Virus record (IMG/VR): IMGVR_UViG_3300037478_000259
Location: 1 to 56,306 of that record
Length of the DNA stretch: 56,306 nt
Strand: one strand, 5' to 3'
DNA from: a virus
Taxonomy: Duplodnaviria > Caudoviricetes
Below are positions 26,538-35,873 of this stretch, piece after piece. The position numbers were made by a program, and so were the translations under genes. Under the pieces are notes generated by a model that had not been told where the DNA came from, did no database searches, and was given only the letters and a program-made list of their open reading frames with translations. Numbering within the stretch: the first letter of the stretch is position 1; each line of letters opens with the position of its first letter.

Positions 26538-26957
26538 TCACATGTCGCATCGGTGGCAGTCGGCGTCGATGCTCACGCCGTGGCTGCACACCTCGGAGTC
26601 GTCCCACGCCAAGACGGGCGGCGGGGGCGGCAGGTCGAGCCGGTCATGCTCGGCGCGTATCCGCTGAGCTGCCGCGAACTCCGCCCCGCTCATGTAGGCG
26701 CCCGCCCCTGCCTGCGGCGGCAGGTCGGCGGCGGCAGCGTCAGCGATGACGTACTCGGCAAGCTGTGCACACACGTCGCCGTAGGCGGTCAGCTTGGTGG
26801 CGTCCAACTCGTCGCGGACCAGGAGTCCCCGCTGCTGGTCGATGCGGCCGTACCACCGGTTGAGCCATAGCACGTAGGCGGCGTGCGCCTCGGGGCGCAG
26901 ATACACCATGCCGAGGCTGCGGTTTCGCGCGTCGCGGTAGATCGTGGTGGCGTCCAT
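26538..26957 (-). CDS. Hypothetical protein
   Basis: GAGGAGTGACCATG junction; C-terminal CxHG...CxxC. Confidence 0.6.
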   Translation of the reverse strand: MDATTIYRDARNRSLGMVYLRPEAHAAYVLWLNRWYGRIDQQRGLLVRDELDATKLTAYGDVCAQLAEYVIADAAAADLPPQAGAGAYMSGAEFAAAQRIRAEHDRLDLPPPPPVLAWDDSEVCSHGVSIDADCHRCDM

Positions 26958-26959
26958 GG

Positions 26960-27157
26960 TCACTCCTCCTCGCAGGTGTGGCAGGTGGTCTGCGGCTGGG
27001 GCTCGTCGGCCGGCTGGTCGCAGGTGCGGCACCAGCCGGTGGCGTCGATGTCAGTGTGGGTGCAGGGGACCTGGCCGGTGCCGCGGCAGCCGGTGCACCA
27101 CAGCTGGCCGCTGCGGGTCCATCCCCACTGCCTGGTCTGGGTCTCCGTTGTTCTCAT
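26960..27157 (-). CDS. Zn-finger-like hypothetical protein, probably leaderless
   Basis: Three CxxC motifs; ATG 6 nt after a -10 box. Confidence 0.6.
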   Translation of the reverse strand: MRTTETQTRQWGWTRSGQLWCTGCRGTGQVPCTHTDIDATGWCRTCDQPADEPQPQTTCHTCEEE

Positions 27158-27256
27158 GGGATAAGCGTATCACGCAAACTCTGGGGTGCAAGTCCTACAG
27201 CTCATCCTTTCGGCTAAATCGCGTGACACGTTGGCTGTGGTTGACGTGATACGCTA
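27158..27256. promoter_or_regulatory. Divergent promoter region with inverted operator-like repeat
   Basis: Minus: TTGCAC-16-TACGCT-6-ATG; plus: TGATACGCT before 27257/27263; AGCGTATCACG (27164) and CGTGATACGCT (27245) are reverse complements. Confidence 0.7.
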
Positions 27257-27460
27257 GTGGGCATGGACGACACCCCGAAGCGGCGGCCCGGGCGACCGCG
27301 CACCACCGGGACCCCACCCGTGCGCACCATCCGGATTCCCGACCAGTTATGGCACGCCGCGCTGGCCGTCGCCGCCGCCCGCAAGGAGAGCGTGCCGGAT
27401 GTGGTGCGCCGCGCGCTCGGCCGCTATGTGGCCCGCCACCGCGGCGAGGTGTCGTCATGA
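27257..27460 (+). CDS. Ribbon-helix-helix DNA-binding protein
   Basis: VRTIRIPDQLWHAA...SVPDVVRRALGRYV. Confidence 0.8.
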   Translation: MGMDDTPKRRPGRPRTTGTPPVRTIRIPDQLWHAALAVAAARKESVPDVVRRALGRYVARHRGEVSS

Positions 27461-27945
27461 CCGACAAGCCAACGCCCGCAGTGATCACCAACCTGCATAG
27501 CACCTGCCAGCACAAGAGGTACCGGATGCTGTGCGACGAGTTCGACCTCCTCATCCTGCGGTCAGGTGGTCGCTGTGAGATCTGTGATATTCCAGGCGAG
27601 GACAGCCCGTACGGTCGGCTGTTCATCGACCATGACGCGTGGTTGGGCTGGTGGGCTGTGCGCGGCCTGCTCTGCGGCACCTGCAACAGCAAGACCGGCC
27701 GCGGATGGCGCGCACCTGCCGTTGACCGGTATCTCGCGCAACCGTGGCGGACCGCAGAGCATCGGTACTTCTCGTACCTGGATTTCCGGACCATCCGGCA
27801 CATGACACCAGACCAAGTCCGGGAGCACCTGCGGCAACTGGCTAAGCGTGAGCCTCGACCATGGGCACGCTCCCACCGAAGGAGGGACCTGATTGCCGGC
27901 CCAAGCGTGCGGCTGTTCCGATGGTGGGCAAGGTGGCGGTCGTGA
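27457..27945 (+). CDS. Endonuclease VII-like protein
   Basis: CEIC...LFIDHD...VRGLLCGTCN. Confidence 0.85.
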   Translation: MTDKPTPAVITNLHSTCQHKRYRMLCDEFDLLILRSGGRCEICDIPGEDSPYGRLFIDHDAWLGWWAVRGLLCGTCNSKTGRGWRAPAVDRYLAQPWRTAEHRYFSYLDFRTIRHMTPDQVREHLRQLAKREPRPWARSHRRRDLIAGPSVRLFRWWARWRS

Positions 27946-28086
27946 GCCTGGCTGAGATCCTGCGCGCCACCGACCACGTGTGGAGCCGTGAGCATCTGCG
28001 GCAGCTGGCCAAGATTGAGCGCGAGCGTGGGCACGCTCCCACCGAAGGAGGGGCCACGTGATCTCCATCCGATACGGGGGTGCCAC

Positions 28087-28368
28087 GTGAGCGACAAGGC
28101 GATCTGCCCCGCGTGCCACTCGTACACCTCAGCCATCCACGAAGCGTTCTCCGGCGGCGACGAATGCCCGTACTGCGGCCTGCCGGCGGAAGCCGCCCAA
28201 GCCTGGTTCGCCGCGCAGGAGCGTGGGGCCAACGAAGACCTGGCGCGACGGGCGGCGAAGGCCGAGCAGCGCGCCGCGAAGGCGGAGCGTGAAGTGTTGT
28301 GGCTGCGCGACAGGCTGGACCAGATCGGCCGGATTTCCGCGGATCAGCAGATGGGGGAGACATGGTGA
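28087..28368 (+). CDS. Zn-ribbon/coiled-coil hypothetical protein
   Basis: CPAC, CPYC followed by helical region. Confidence 0.6.
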   Translation: MSDKAICPACHSYTSAIHEAFSGGDECPYCGLPAEAAQAWFAAQERGANEDLARRAAKAEQRAAKAEREVLWLRDRLDQIGRISADQQMGETW

Positions 28369-28550
28369 GCTTGTTCGACAGCATCATCGAGAGCGACGCC
28401 GTAGCCGAGGACACCATCCTGTTCGTGTCGCCGCGCAAGGTCGTCCGCATCACCTTGCCCGACGGTCGGACGGTCGAGCGGCTGGAGCCGATGGAGGAGT
28501 GGTTGCGCCGTTGCGCCGTGCTGCGCGTCAGAGAGGACCACCCGGCATGA
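28362..28550 (+). CDS. Hypothetical protein
   Basis: Coupled ORF, ends VREDHPA. Confidence 0.55.
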   Translation: MVSLFDSIIESDAVAEDTILFVSPRKVVRITLPDGRTVERLEPMEEWLRRCAVLRVREDHPA

Positions 28551-28777
28551 CGACATACGAGGAGTGGCGGGTGACCGGGGAGCCTGGCAACGGCTATCCG
28601 GCCTACGACTTCACCTGGTCTCGGCGACAAACTCCCGACCAGGACCCCGAGAAGGCAGCGCGGAGTTTCATCGAGCTAATCGCCGATGGCATGGGCTGGC
28701 AGGATGGCCCCCACTTGAGTCGGCGCACGGTTACTGAGACCGAGTGGGAGCCGGTACGAGAGGACCACCCGGCATGA
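28547..28777 (+). CDS. Hypothetical protein flanked by 21-bp direct repeats
   Basis: ATGA overlaps at both ends; also ends VREDHPA. Confidence 0.6.
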   Translation: MTTYEEWRVTGEPGNGYPAYDFTWSRRQTPDQDPEKAARSFIELIADGMGWQDGPHLSRRTVTETEWEPVREDHPA

Positions 28778-29271
28778 CCACCCTGATCGAGTTCCTACGC
28801 ACCCGGTACGACGAGGAACAGCGCGACGCGGAGGCGGCTTATGACGGCGACGGCTACCGCGAGTGGGATATACCGTGTACCGGCGTCGTCCAGGTGGCTG
28901 GTGGTGACCTCGACGGCCTAGTCGTGGCACCACGTGCCGCCGCGATCCACATCGCCAGCCACGACCCGGCGCGGGTGTTGGCCGAGGTGGCGGCCAAGCG
29001 GGCGATCGTTGACGCGTACGACCAGGCGGGGCAGTCGTGGCAAGAGGCGATCGTCAGCCGTGATGTCGATTCGCTACCCGTCAGGACTGCGCGACTGATC
29101 GCTCTGGAGTTCGCGGCTAGGCAACTGGCCGCCCCATTCGCCGACCATCCGGACTATGACCCGGCGTGGCAGCCGGCCCCGATGCCCCTGATGCTGCGAT
29201 GGAGCACTCCCCGGTTGATCATCGGGGAGTCAGGCCGGCCCGCGCAACGCCGTGCTCCCGGCTGGGGTTGA
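28774..29271 (+). CDS. DUF6221-like actinophage protein
   Basis: HIASHDPARVLAEVAAKRAIV...FADHPDYDPAW. Confidence 0.75.
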   Translation: MTTLIEFLRTRYDEEQRDAEAAYDGDGYREWDIPCTGVVQVAGGDLDGLVVAPRAAAIHIASHDPARVLAEVAAKRAIVDAYDQAGQSWQEAIVSRDVDSLPVRTARLIALEFAARQLAAPFADHPDYDPAWQPAPMPLMLRWSTPRLIIGESGRPAQRRAPGWG

Positions 29272-29291
29272 ACCCCGGGCTGGCCGCCACC

Positions 29292-29534
29292 TCACTCGAC
29301 CACGTAGCTGATGTCCCCAGGTGAGGACCAGTCCCGCGGGTCGTACACCGAGGCGATGACCACCGTGCCATCCTCCCGCGGCACACCCGGCCCGGTCGAT
29401 GCCGGCACCACCCAGTCATCCCGGCGCAGCCACGCCGCCTGCTCGAGCGCCTCGGCCCGGCTTGGCCACGGCCGGGCGCACACGTCGACCGCCTCCGCCC
29501 ACGGGCTACCCGGTGCACCAACCCCGTCTGACAC
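29292..29534 (-). CDS. Hypothetical protein
   Basis: AGGAGG RBS before GTG; divergent from an RHH gene. Confidence 0.45.
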   Translation of the reverse strand: MSDGVGAPGSPWAEAVDVCARPWPSRAEALEQAAWLRRDDWVVPASTGPGVPREDGTVVIASVYDPRDWSSPGDISYVVE

Positions 29535-29662
29535 CGGTCCCACCTCCTAAGGGTGCGGCCCGGCGGTTACGCCGGGCAGCGTGTGACGGCCGGGCCGCAC
29601 AGCCGCACGTTATCGCGTATCCGGGGACACGCATACCCCCATGCGGGTTAAGTGTCATCCAT

Positions 29663-29818
29663 ATGGGCAGGCAGACAACCATCTACGTCCGCGAGCAGGA
29701 CCTTGCGCTGTGGGAGCGGGCGGAGCGGTACGCCCGCGCCCACCGGATGCCGGTGTCCGGGCTGGTCATGGCCGCGCTGGAACGCTTCCTCGCCGAGCAG
29801 GGTCACCCGAATGGGTGA
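29663..29818 (+). CDS. Ribbon-helix-helix DNA-binding protein
   Basis: QTTIYVREQDLALWERA...VSGLVMAALERFL. Confidence 0.7.
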   Translation: MGRQTTIYVREQDLALWERAERYARAHRMPVSGLVMAALERFLAEQGHPNG

Positions 29819-30122
29819 CCCTCTGCGCTCCGTGATCTACGTGCCGTCCGGTCTCGAGCTGCACCGCTGGCTGGCCATCTGCGCGGAAACCGTGGAGCTC
29901 CACGGCTGGGACCTGACCGCCGTCGTCCGCCACTGGTCCGACGTGCGGCAGCTGCTGCATGCCGGGCTGCTCGACCTGCTGGTCGTCGGCCACCCCGGCC
30001 ACCTTGACCCGCAGCGGATCCCGCGGGTGGTCATCGCCGGCGACCCGCCGCTGCCGCTGGCCACCGAGCTCCGGCCGGAGCAGCGGCGGCCGGTCATCCG
30101 GCCAGGTCCGGCAGGCCGTTGA
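29811..30122 (+). CDS. Hypothetical protein (weak resolvase-fold resemblance)
   Basis: Coupled to RHH gene; convergent with and overlapping the integrase 3' end. Confidence 0.5.
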   Translation: MGDPLRSVIYVPSGLELHRWLAICAETVELHGWDLTAVVRHWSDVRQLLHAGLLDLLVVGHPGHLDPQRIPRVVIAGDPPLPLATELRPEQRRPVIRPGPAGR

Positions 30123-30906
30123 CCGCGGCGGTCAGCGCGGCCGGCGGCACCAAGGTGTACACCTGCGTCGTCGTCGGTGACGCATGCCCCAGCAGCTCCT
30201 GCACGGTGCGCAGGTTCGCCCCGCCGCCCAGTGCCGCGGTGGCATGCCAGCCGCGGAGCCGGTGCAGCCCGCCGGTCAGCCGGAGCCGGCGCAGCTCGTA
30301 CCGGCCGCGGTCGGAGATCCGCTTCGCGCCGGCGCCACCGGCCAGCAACCCGGCGGGCAGGTCGACCACCGCGGCCCACACCAGCGGGTGGCAGGGCACA
30401 GTCCGCTCCTTGGAGCCTTTGCCGTCCAGCCGGACGCTGGTCTGGGTGATGTCCTCGCGTCGTAGCCGGGAGATCTCGACGCAGCGGGCGCCGGTGTACG
30501 CGGCCAGCAGCGCCCACAGCCGCACCGGCGGGTCGGCGCGGGTCAGGATCCTGTGGGTCTCCTCGTCGGTGGCGGGCCGAGGCAGCCGGCGGGGGATGCG
30601 CACCGGGGGCAGCCGGGCACTGGGGTCGAAGTCTGAGTAGTCCCGGTCGACCAGCCACTTGTGCAGGCTGCGCAGGGCGGCACGGTAGGTGGAGCGGGTC
30701 GCCGGCGCCCAGTCGCGGGAGGTGAGCCACGCCCGGAGCTCGGCGGTCGTGGCGACGACCACACCGGCGGGCAGGTGATGGTGGGCCATGCGCAGCGCGG
30801 TGGTGTAGGTGGCGACAGTGCCGGCCGCTGCCGTATGTACCAGGTCTGCCAGGTACTCCTCGAGCAGATCCGAGTGCATCAGATCAGAGTGTGCGGTGAC
30901 GGTCAC
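30094..30906 (-). CDS. int: Tyrosine integrase (short, no arm-binding domain evident)
   Basis: YTGARCVEI, GKGSKER, HRLR, VQELLGHASPTTTQVY. Confidence 0.93.
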   Translation of the reverse strand: MTVTAHSDLMHSDLLEEYLADLVHTAAAGTVATYTTALRMAHHHLPAGVVVATTAELRAWLTSRDWAPATRSTYRAALRSLHKWLVDRDYSDFDPSARLPPVRIPRRLPRPATDEETHRILTRADPPVRLWALLAAYTGARCVEISRLRREDITQTSVRLDGKGSKERTVPCHPLVWAAVVDLPAGLLAGGAGAKRISDRGRYELRRLRLTGGLHRLRGWHATAALGGGANLRTVQELLGHASPTTTQVYTLVPPAALTAAVNGLPDLAG

Positions 30907-31394
30907 GTGCTGCTACCGGAGTGGGTGTGGCCGGTGATGGCCGGCCGGCGGAGCTCCGCCGGGGTTGTGCCGGACGTAGCGGACGCGGGTCGGCTGGTCG
31001 GGTGGCGGCCGCCGGCATGCCCGGGGGCGAGTAGCACCCGTTGGGACCGCGGCCCGGTCGCCCGGACGGGTGGTGTCGCATACGTCTTGTTAAGCGTGCG
31101 GCGGCGTGTGATGGTGCGCGGGCCGCGCCGTTCGGGCTGGGCGAGCGGGCCGCCCCAGCTCAGCCAGTCCCGGTCGATCCCCAAACCCTCGCTGATCGCC
31201 TCGACGGTGGCCGGGAAGTCGCGCGGGTTTCCGCCGTGCTCCCAGTTGATCCAGTTCTCTCGCGTCAGCCCACACCGCTCAGCCGCCTGCGTGGCGGTCA
31301 GGTTCCCACCGTGCAGGCGGACCAGCATCAGCCGCGCCGCGAAGGTGTCGGTTGGGATGGCTCCCCGGGTGGGCGCATCAACCGCTGTCTCCAT
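30903..31394 (-). CDS. Immunity repressor (XRE HTH) with long low-complexity C-terminal tail
   Basis: TQAAERCGLTRENWINWEHG HTH; divergent from Cro-like gene; GTGA overlap with int. Confidence 0.8.
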   Translation of the reverse strand: METAVDAPTRGAIPTDTFAARLMLVRLHGGNLTATQAAERCGLTRENWINWEHGGNPRDFPATVEAISEGLGIDRDWLSWGGPLAQPERRGPRTITRRRTLNKTYATPPVRATGPRSQRVLLAPGHAGGRHPTSRPASATSGTTPAELRRPAITGHTHSGSST

Positions 31395-31523
31395 GGCAAG
31401 AGTTTTACACGGTGGGATGGCGTAACGCAATGGTCACCGTTCCAGTCAGCCGGCAACTTTTACCCGAAAGGATGACGCGAGTCCCCTTGCGGAGATGAAG
31501 TCCCGTGGCGGAAACTTTGTTGC
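31395..31523. promoter_or_regulatory. Lysis/lysogeny divergent promoters, both apparently leaderless
   Basis: Minus TTGCGT-17-TAAAAC-7-ATG(31394); plus TTGCGG-18-GAAACT-7-ATG(31524). Confidence 0.55.
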
Positions 31524-31865
31524 ATGACGGAGACCACCACCACCCGCCTTCAGCGGCTGATCCAAGAGCGCCTGAACGATGTGACGCTCGCGGAGTACGT
31601 CGCCGCGGGCAGGACCGCCGGCTTGAGTTGGCGGACGTTGGCCAACGAGATCGAGGCGGCCACGCGGATCGAAGTCAGCCACACCATGCTTCGCCGCTGG
31701 TTCGGCCAGACAGCCACCGAGCCGGCCACAGACTCGCCCGGGACGCCGGGCGCCGGAGGCCGGGGAAAAGAGGCCCTAGTACCCGCTGGTGACGGCCAGC
31801 GGGGAATCAGGCTCCCAAGTACCCGGCCACACCCGGACCAGGCAACCGACGAGCCGGCATCATGA
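31524..31865 (+). CDS. Cro-like HTH protein
   Basis: SWRTLANEI...VSHTMLRRWF; position. Confidence 0.65.
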   Translation: MTETTTTRLQRLIQERLNDVTLAEYVAAGRTAGLSWRTLANEIEAATRIEVSHTMLRRWFGQTATEPATDSPGTPGAGGRGKEALVPAGDGQRGIRLPSTRPHPDQATDEPAS

Positions 31866-32620
31866 CCGCCCTGGTCCGCATCCCATTCCGCGGCACCGAA
31901 GTGCTCGCAGTTGATGTTGAAGGCCGGCCGCACGTTGTGCTCAAGCCAGCGATCGAGGCCTTGGGCATCGACTACGCCAACCAGTACCGCAAGCTCCAGG
32001 GCAAGTCATGGGCAACCGTTGTCACCAGCACAACGGTTGGCGCGGACGGCAAGGTCCGGCCCATGGTCACGGTCGACGTCCGCACCTTCCTGATGCTGCT
32101 CGCCACCATCGACGAGAACCGAGTCAGCGAGAGTGCTCGGCCGCTGCTGGTCGCCTACCAGTCTGAGGTCGCCGACGCGATCGAGGCGTACTGGACCCAA
32201 GGCGGGGCGATCAACCCGCGCGCCACCGACGACCAGCTCGCCACGATCATCGGCCATGCCGAAGCACAGGCCCGCGTGCTGCGGTCCTTGTCGGGGATCG
32301 TCGACCCGCGCTGGCTGGAGGCCAAGGCCCGCCACGTCGCCGCCCGCGCGCTCGGGGAAGAGCCGGAGATCGACCCGGCCACCCGACCACTCACGGTCGG
32401 CGAGTACCTCCAGGAGAAGGGCGTCACCGGCGCCGCGCTCCGGTCGCTGTCCGGCAACTTCGGCAAGTCGGTCAAGCGGCTCTACATCCAGCGCACCGGT
32501 GAGGAGCCTACCAAGCTCGACCGGTTCGTCGACGGCGCGATGCGACCGGTGGCGATCTACACCGAGGCGGAGCGGGACCTGTTCGACGCCGCCTGGACGC
32601 TGCTGGGGGTGGCGTCATGA
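31862..32620 (+). CDS. Antirepressor (P22 AR N-terminal-like)
   Basis: IPFRGT, VVLKPAIEALGIDYANQYRKL, YQSEVADAIEAYW. Confidence 0.85.
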   Translation: MTALVRIPFRGTEVLAVDVEGRPHVVLKPAIEALGIDYANQYRKLQGKSWATVVTSTTVGADGKVRPMVTVDVRTFLMLLATIDENRVSESARPLLVAYQSEVADAIEAYWTQGGAINPRATDDQLATIIGHAEAQARVLRSLSGIVDPRWLEAKARHVAARALGEEPEIDPATRPLTVGEYLQEKGVTGAALRSLSGNFGKSVKRLYIQRTGEEPTKLDRFVDGAMRPVAIYTEAERDLFDAAWTLLGVAS

Positions 32621-34768
32621 TCCGCCAACTCGTGCTCACCTGCATCGGCCTCGCCATGGTCGCCGCCATCCCCACCGCCGCCGTCGCCCGGATGACCTGG
32701 GGGCCGGTCGCCACCCTCACCCTGCTCGGCCTCGCCCTGACCGGCGTCGGCTGCCTACTCGCCGCCACCCCAGCACGCCACCCGGGAGGCACCCGATGAG
32801 CATGGCCGACGCCCAACTCGACCAGCAGATGGCAGCCTGCCGCGACATCCACGCAGGCCTGGTCCAACTCGCACGCGACGCGCTCGCCGACGGGATACCC
32901 GCCCAGGCCGTGCTCAAAGACATCATCTACCTGGCCGCGATGCGAAGTAAGCCGGGTCAGATCGCCGCCGCTTACGCCTGCGCCGTGATGCGGGACGCGG
33001 AGCGTGCGCCATGACCCGCACCCCGCACCCGGTCGACCCGCGGCAGCCGAAGCGGCGCAACACCGCCGACTACTACCACGGCCGAGCCGCCGGACGTGCC
33101 GCCGGCCGCGCCGCGAGACAAGCCGCCGACCGCAAGGGCTGTTGCCTGCTCCGCGTCCTGTTCCTGCTCCCGCTGCTGCCGCTACTCACCCTGGCCGGCG
33201 CGCTCACCACCTGGAGAACCCGATGAGCATCACCGAAGTCAACTGGCAGGGCCTGGGCTACCAGGGCCGGCATCGGGCCGACCCGCACCCCGACTGGGTG
33301 AGCGCCCACCTCGACCGGCTCGGCGCCCACCACAACGACCCGGAGCCGTTCCGCCGTGAGGACGCGGTGCCCGCCGCCGAACTGATCACCGGGGAGCCGT
33401 CGTGACCGGCAAGCATGAGCCGACCAATGTGTTCGACATCGCGCAGGCACTGGTTTTTCAGGTCGACCACGGCGGCGGAACTCCGTACACCCTGAGCGAG
33501 GCAGTTGACCGGGTTACGTGGCTGGTGGCCAAGCAGCGCCGGGAGGACATCCCGCGCATCATCGCCTGCCTGGCGTGCCAGGTGATCGGCTACCAGCGGT
33601 CACAAAACGCCGACGCGAAGCTGGCGATGGTCCAGGTCGGGCTGGTTGTGGACCGGTACCGGGAACAGATCGCCGGCAGGGCCGAGTCGTGACCACCGTC
33701 GCCGGACTGTCCCCGGCCATGCTCACCGTGCTGCGCGCCGTCGGCGAGGAGAAGGTGCGCTGCGACGTGTACGGCCCGCGCAAGCCCAGCCGACACTACG
33801 GGTGGGACGTCACCAGCACCGTCAAGGCCCTGGCCCGCCGTGAGCTGATCACCCTGGGGGAGCGGGACCGCCGGTGGATGACGTGGGAGCTGACCGACGC
33901 CGGCCGAGCCGTGCTCAACCAGCTGGGCGGTACGTCATGACCACGCTCCCGGTTGGCACCGTCGTCATCAGCAGCCGCGGGCTGGGCTGGATCACCCGCG
34001 CCGGCCAGCACGGCGGCGCCGACGGGTACTGGATCGCCGACCAGACCGGCGACCCCGGCACCCGGCCGGAACCACCCCGCTGGCCGGACACGATCACCGC
34101 CGTGGCCACGTTCGCCCCCGCGTGGTGCGTCACGGCGGCTGTGGTCGGACGCAGCGTGTGCCGGCGTCCATGGCCGCACGGCTGCGGGCTGCACCACGTG
34201 GCCGCCTCGGCGTTGGCGTGGCTGCCGGCTCTGCCGCCGCGGACGACGGTGACCGTTGACCTGCTCGACCAGATCCCGGGCGGTGCCCGATGAAACGTGC
34301 ACCCAACGGCGGGTTCACCCACGGCGCATCCGGCTACAACAACTACGGCTGCCGCTGCTACCGGTGCCGGGCCGGCCACGCCGCCGACGTTCGCCAGCAG
34401 CAGGCCACCCGGCGTGCCCGGCTGGCCGCAGACCCGACGTTGGTACCACACGGCCGCGAGTCCACGTACGGCAACTGGGGCTGCCGCTGCCGCCCCTGCA
34501 CCAGCGCGTACAGCAGTGCCTGCTACGAGCGTGAGCAGCGCCGCATGGCAGGTGCCCGATGATCCGCCGGCATGTGGCCGTGTGGGCCACCACCCCGCTG
34601 CTGCGCCTGCTTGCACTGCCCGCCGCGCTGCTGGTCGCCGCCGGCATGCCCCTGACCGTGGCCGTCCTGGCCCCGCGGGTCATCGGCGACACGTGGCCGG
34701 CGCTGCTCGGCCTGGCCTACCTGACCACCACCGCACTCATCCACCCACGCCGGCGAGGTGCGTCATGA
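32617..34768 (+). other. Run of ~9 small coupled hypothetical genes (includes 34290..34562 with a tandem HG..Y..GCRC..C motif)
   Basis: ATGA/GTGA overlapping junctions. Confidence 0.6.
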
Positions 34769-35295
34769 GCGCCGGCCTGCTGGTCGACCGGGACATCCTG
34801 GGCGCGGCCACAGCTACGTTCAGCCCGTGCCGCACCTACCGGTACGCGCTGACCCGCCGGTGGTCGGCACGGCCGCTGGCCGTGTTCGTGATGCTCAACC
34901 CGTCCACCGCCGATGCTCTCGTTGACGACCCCACCATCCGCCGATGCGCCGGGTTCGCCAGGCGGTGGACCTGCGGCGGGATCGGCGTGGTGAACCTGTA
35001 CGGGCTGCGCGCCACCGACCCGCGGGAGCTGCGCGACCATCCCGACCCGGTAGGACCCGACAACGACCTGGTGATCGCGTCCCTGCTCTCCGATGACCAG
35101 CCGGCCGGCCCGGTGGTGTGCGCGTGGGGCGCCCACCCGGGCACCGCCGAGCGTGCCCAGCAGGTGATGGAGCTGCTGCGGAACCGGCGGATTTCGCCGC
35201 TGTGCCTGGGCACCACCAAGGGCGGGCAGCCGCGGCATCCGCTGTACGTCCGCGGCGACACGGCAGGCGTGTCATGGATGGACGGTGCGTCATGA
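34765..35295 (+). CDS. DUF1643-like protein
   Basis: YRYALTRRW, MLNPSTAD, DDPTIRRC, VNLY, HPLY. Confidence 0.85.
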   Translation: MSAGLLVDRDILGAATATFSPCRTYRYALTRRWSARPLAVFVMLNPSTADALVDDPTIRRCAGFARRWTCGGIGVVNLYGLRATDPRELRDHPDPVGPDNDLVIASLLSDDQPAGPVVCAWGAHPGTAERAQQVMELLRNRRISPLCLGTTKGGQPRHPLYVRGDTAGVSWMDGAS

Positions 35296-35479
35296 GCGCT
35301 GCCCTGACCCCCACCGCACTCCGGCCGGGCACTCCGACCCGGCCGGCGCCCACCGTGGCGCGCGTTGTACCGCGTGCCGGTGGGCTGCGCGCCGCCCCGG
35401 TCGTGACCCGGGGCGGCGCGCCCACACGTCCGGCCCGGGGTTCCGATGGCTCCCCACTGTCCGCCCCGGGCCGGGCCAC

Positions 35480-35620
35480 TCAGCGGACGTACCGGCGCAG
35501 CATGTCCCGGATCACGTCGGACACGGTGCGCCCCTGCGCGGCCGCCTTGGCCTGCACCGCCGTCCACAGCTGGTCGTCGACGCGGACGTTGCGTAGTGGG
35601 GTCTTCGGCTGGTTGGGCAT
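35480..35620 (-). CDS. Ribbon-helix-helix protein (46 aa; not in ORF track)
   Basis: MPNQPKTPLRNVRVDDQLWTAVQAKAAAQGRTVSDVIRDMLRRYVR. Confidence 0.75.
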   Translation of the reverse strand: MPNQPKTPLRNVRVDDQLWTAVQAKAAAQGRTVSDVIRDMLRRYVR

Positions 35621-35621
35621 G

Positions 35622-35873
35622 TCAGCCCCTCAGGGTCGGGACGTCGAGGTCGAGCGTCTCGCAGTAGTCGGCCAGCTCGCCGATGAGCGCGAGGCCGATG
35701 GCGTCGGCCATGGCCTGCCGCGCGGCGCGGGTGAACCGGCGTGCGTCGAGGTGGTCCAGGGTGCCGTGCTGTCCGCGCATGAGGTCCTCGACCAGCGCCA
35801 CGGTGGCGGGGTCGTGGTTGCGGATGGCCCGTGCGATGTCGGGGCCGTGGGTGGCGGTGGGCTGGGTGGTCAT
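35622..35873 (-). CDS. Hypothetical protein co-transcribed with the RHH gene
   Basis: AGGAGG RBS and upstream TTGACG-18-TACGGT promoter-like element. Confidence 0.65.
   Translation of the reverse strand: MTTQPTATHGPDIARAIRNHDPATVALVEDLMRGQHGTLDHLDARRFTRAARQAMADAIGLALIGELADYCETLDLDVPTLRG

Noticed and set aside
24000-27200. cas genes near the mini-array
   Set aside because: Neighbouring ORFs are small and show no Cas1, Cas3, Cas6 or Cas7 motifs.
29263-29277. GGGGTTGAACCCC as a T-arm or tRNA-derived att core
   Set aside because: Lacks the TTCGA loop and any acceptor stem; probably a small hairpin between convergent genes.
31072-31096. dif-like site (GGTGTCGCATA...TTGTTAAG)
   Set aside because: Arm spacing is too short for the 11-6-11 dif layout; kept only as a weak attP candidate.
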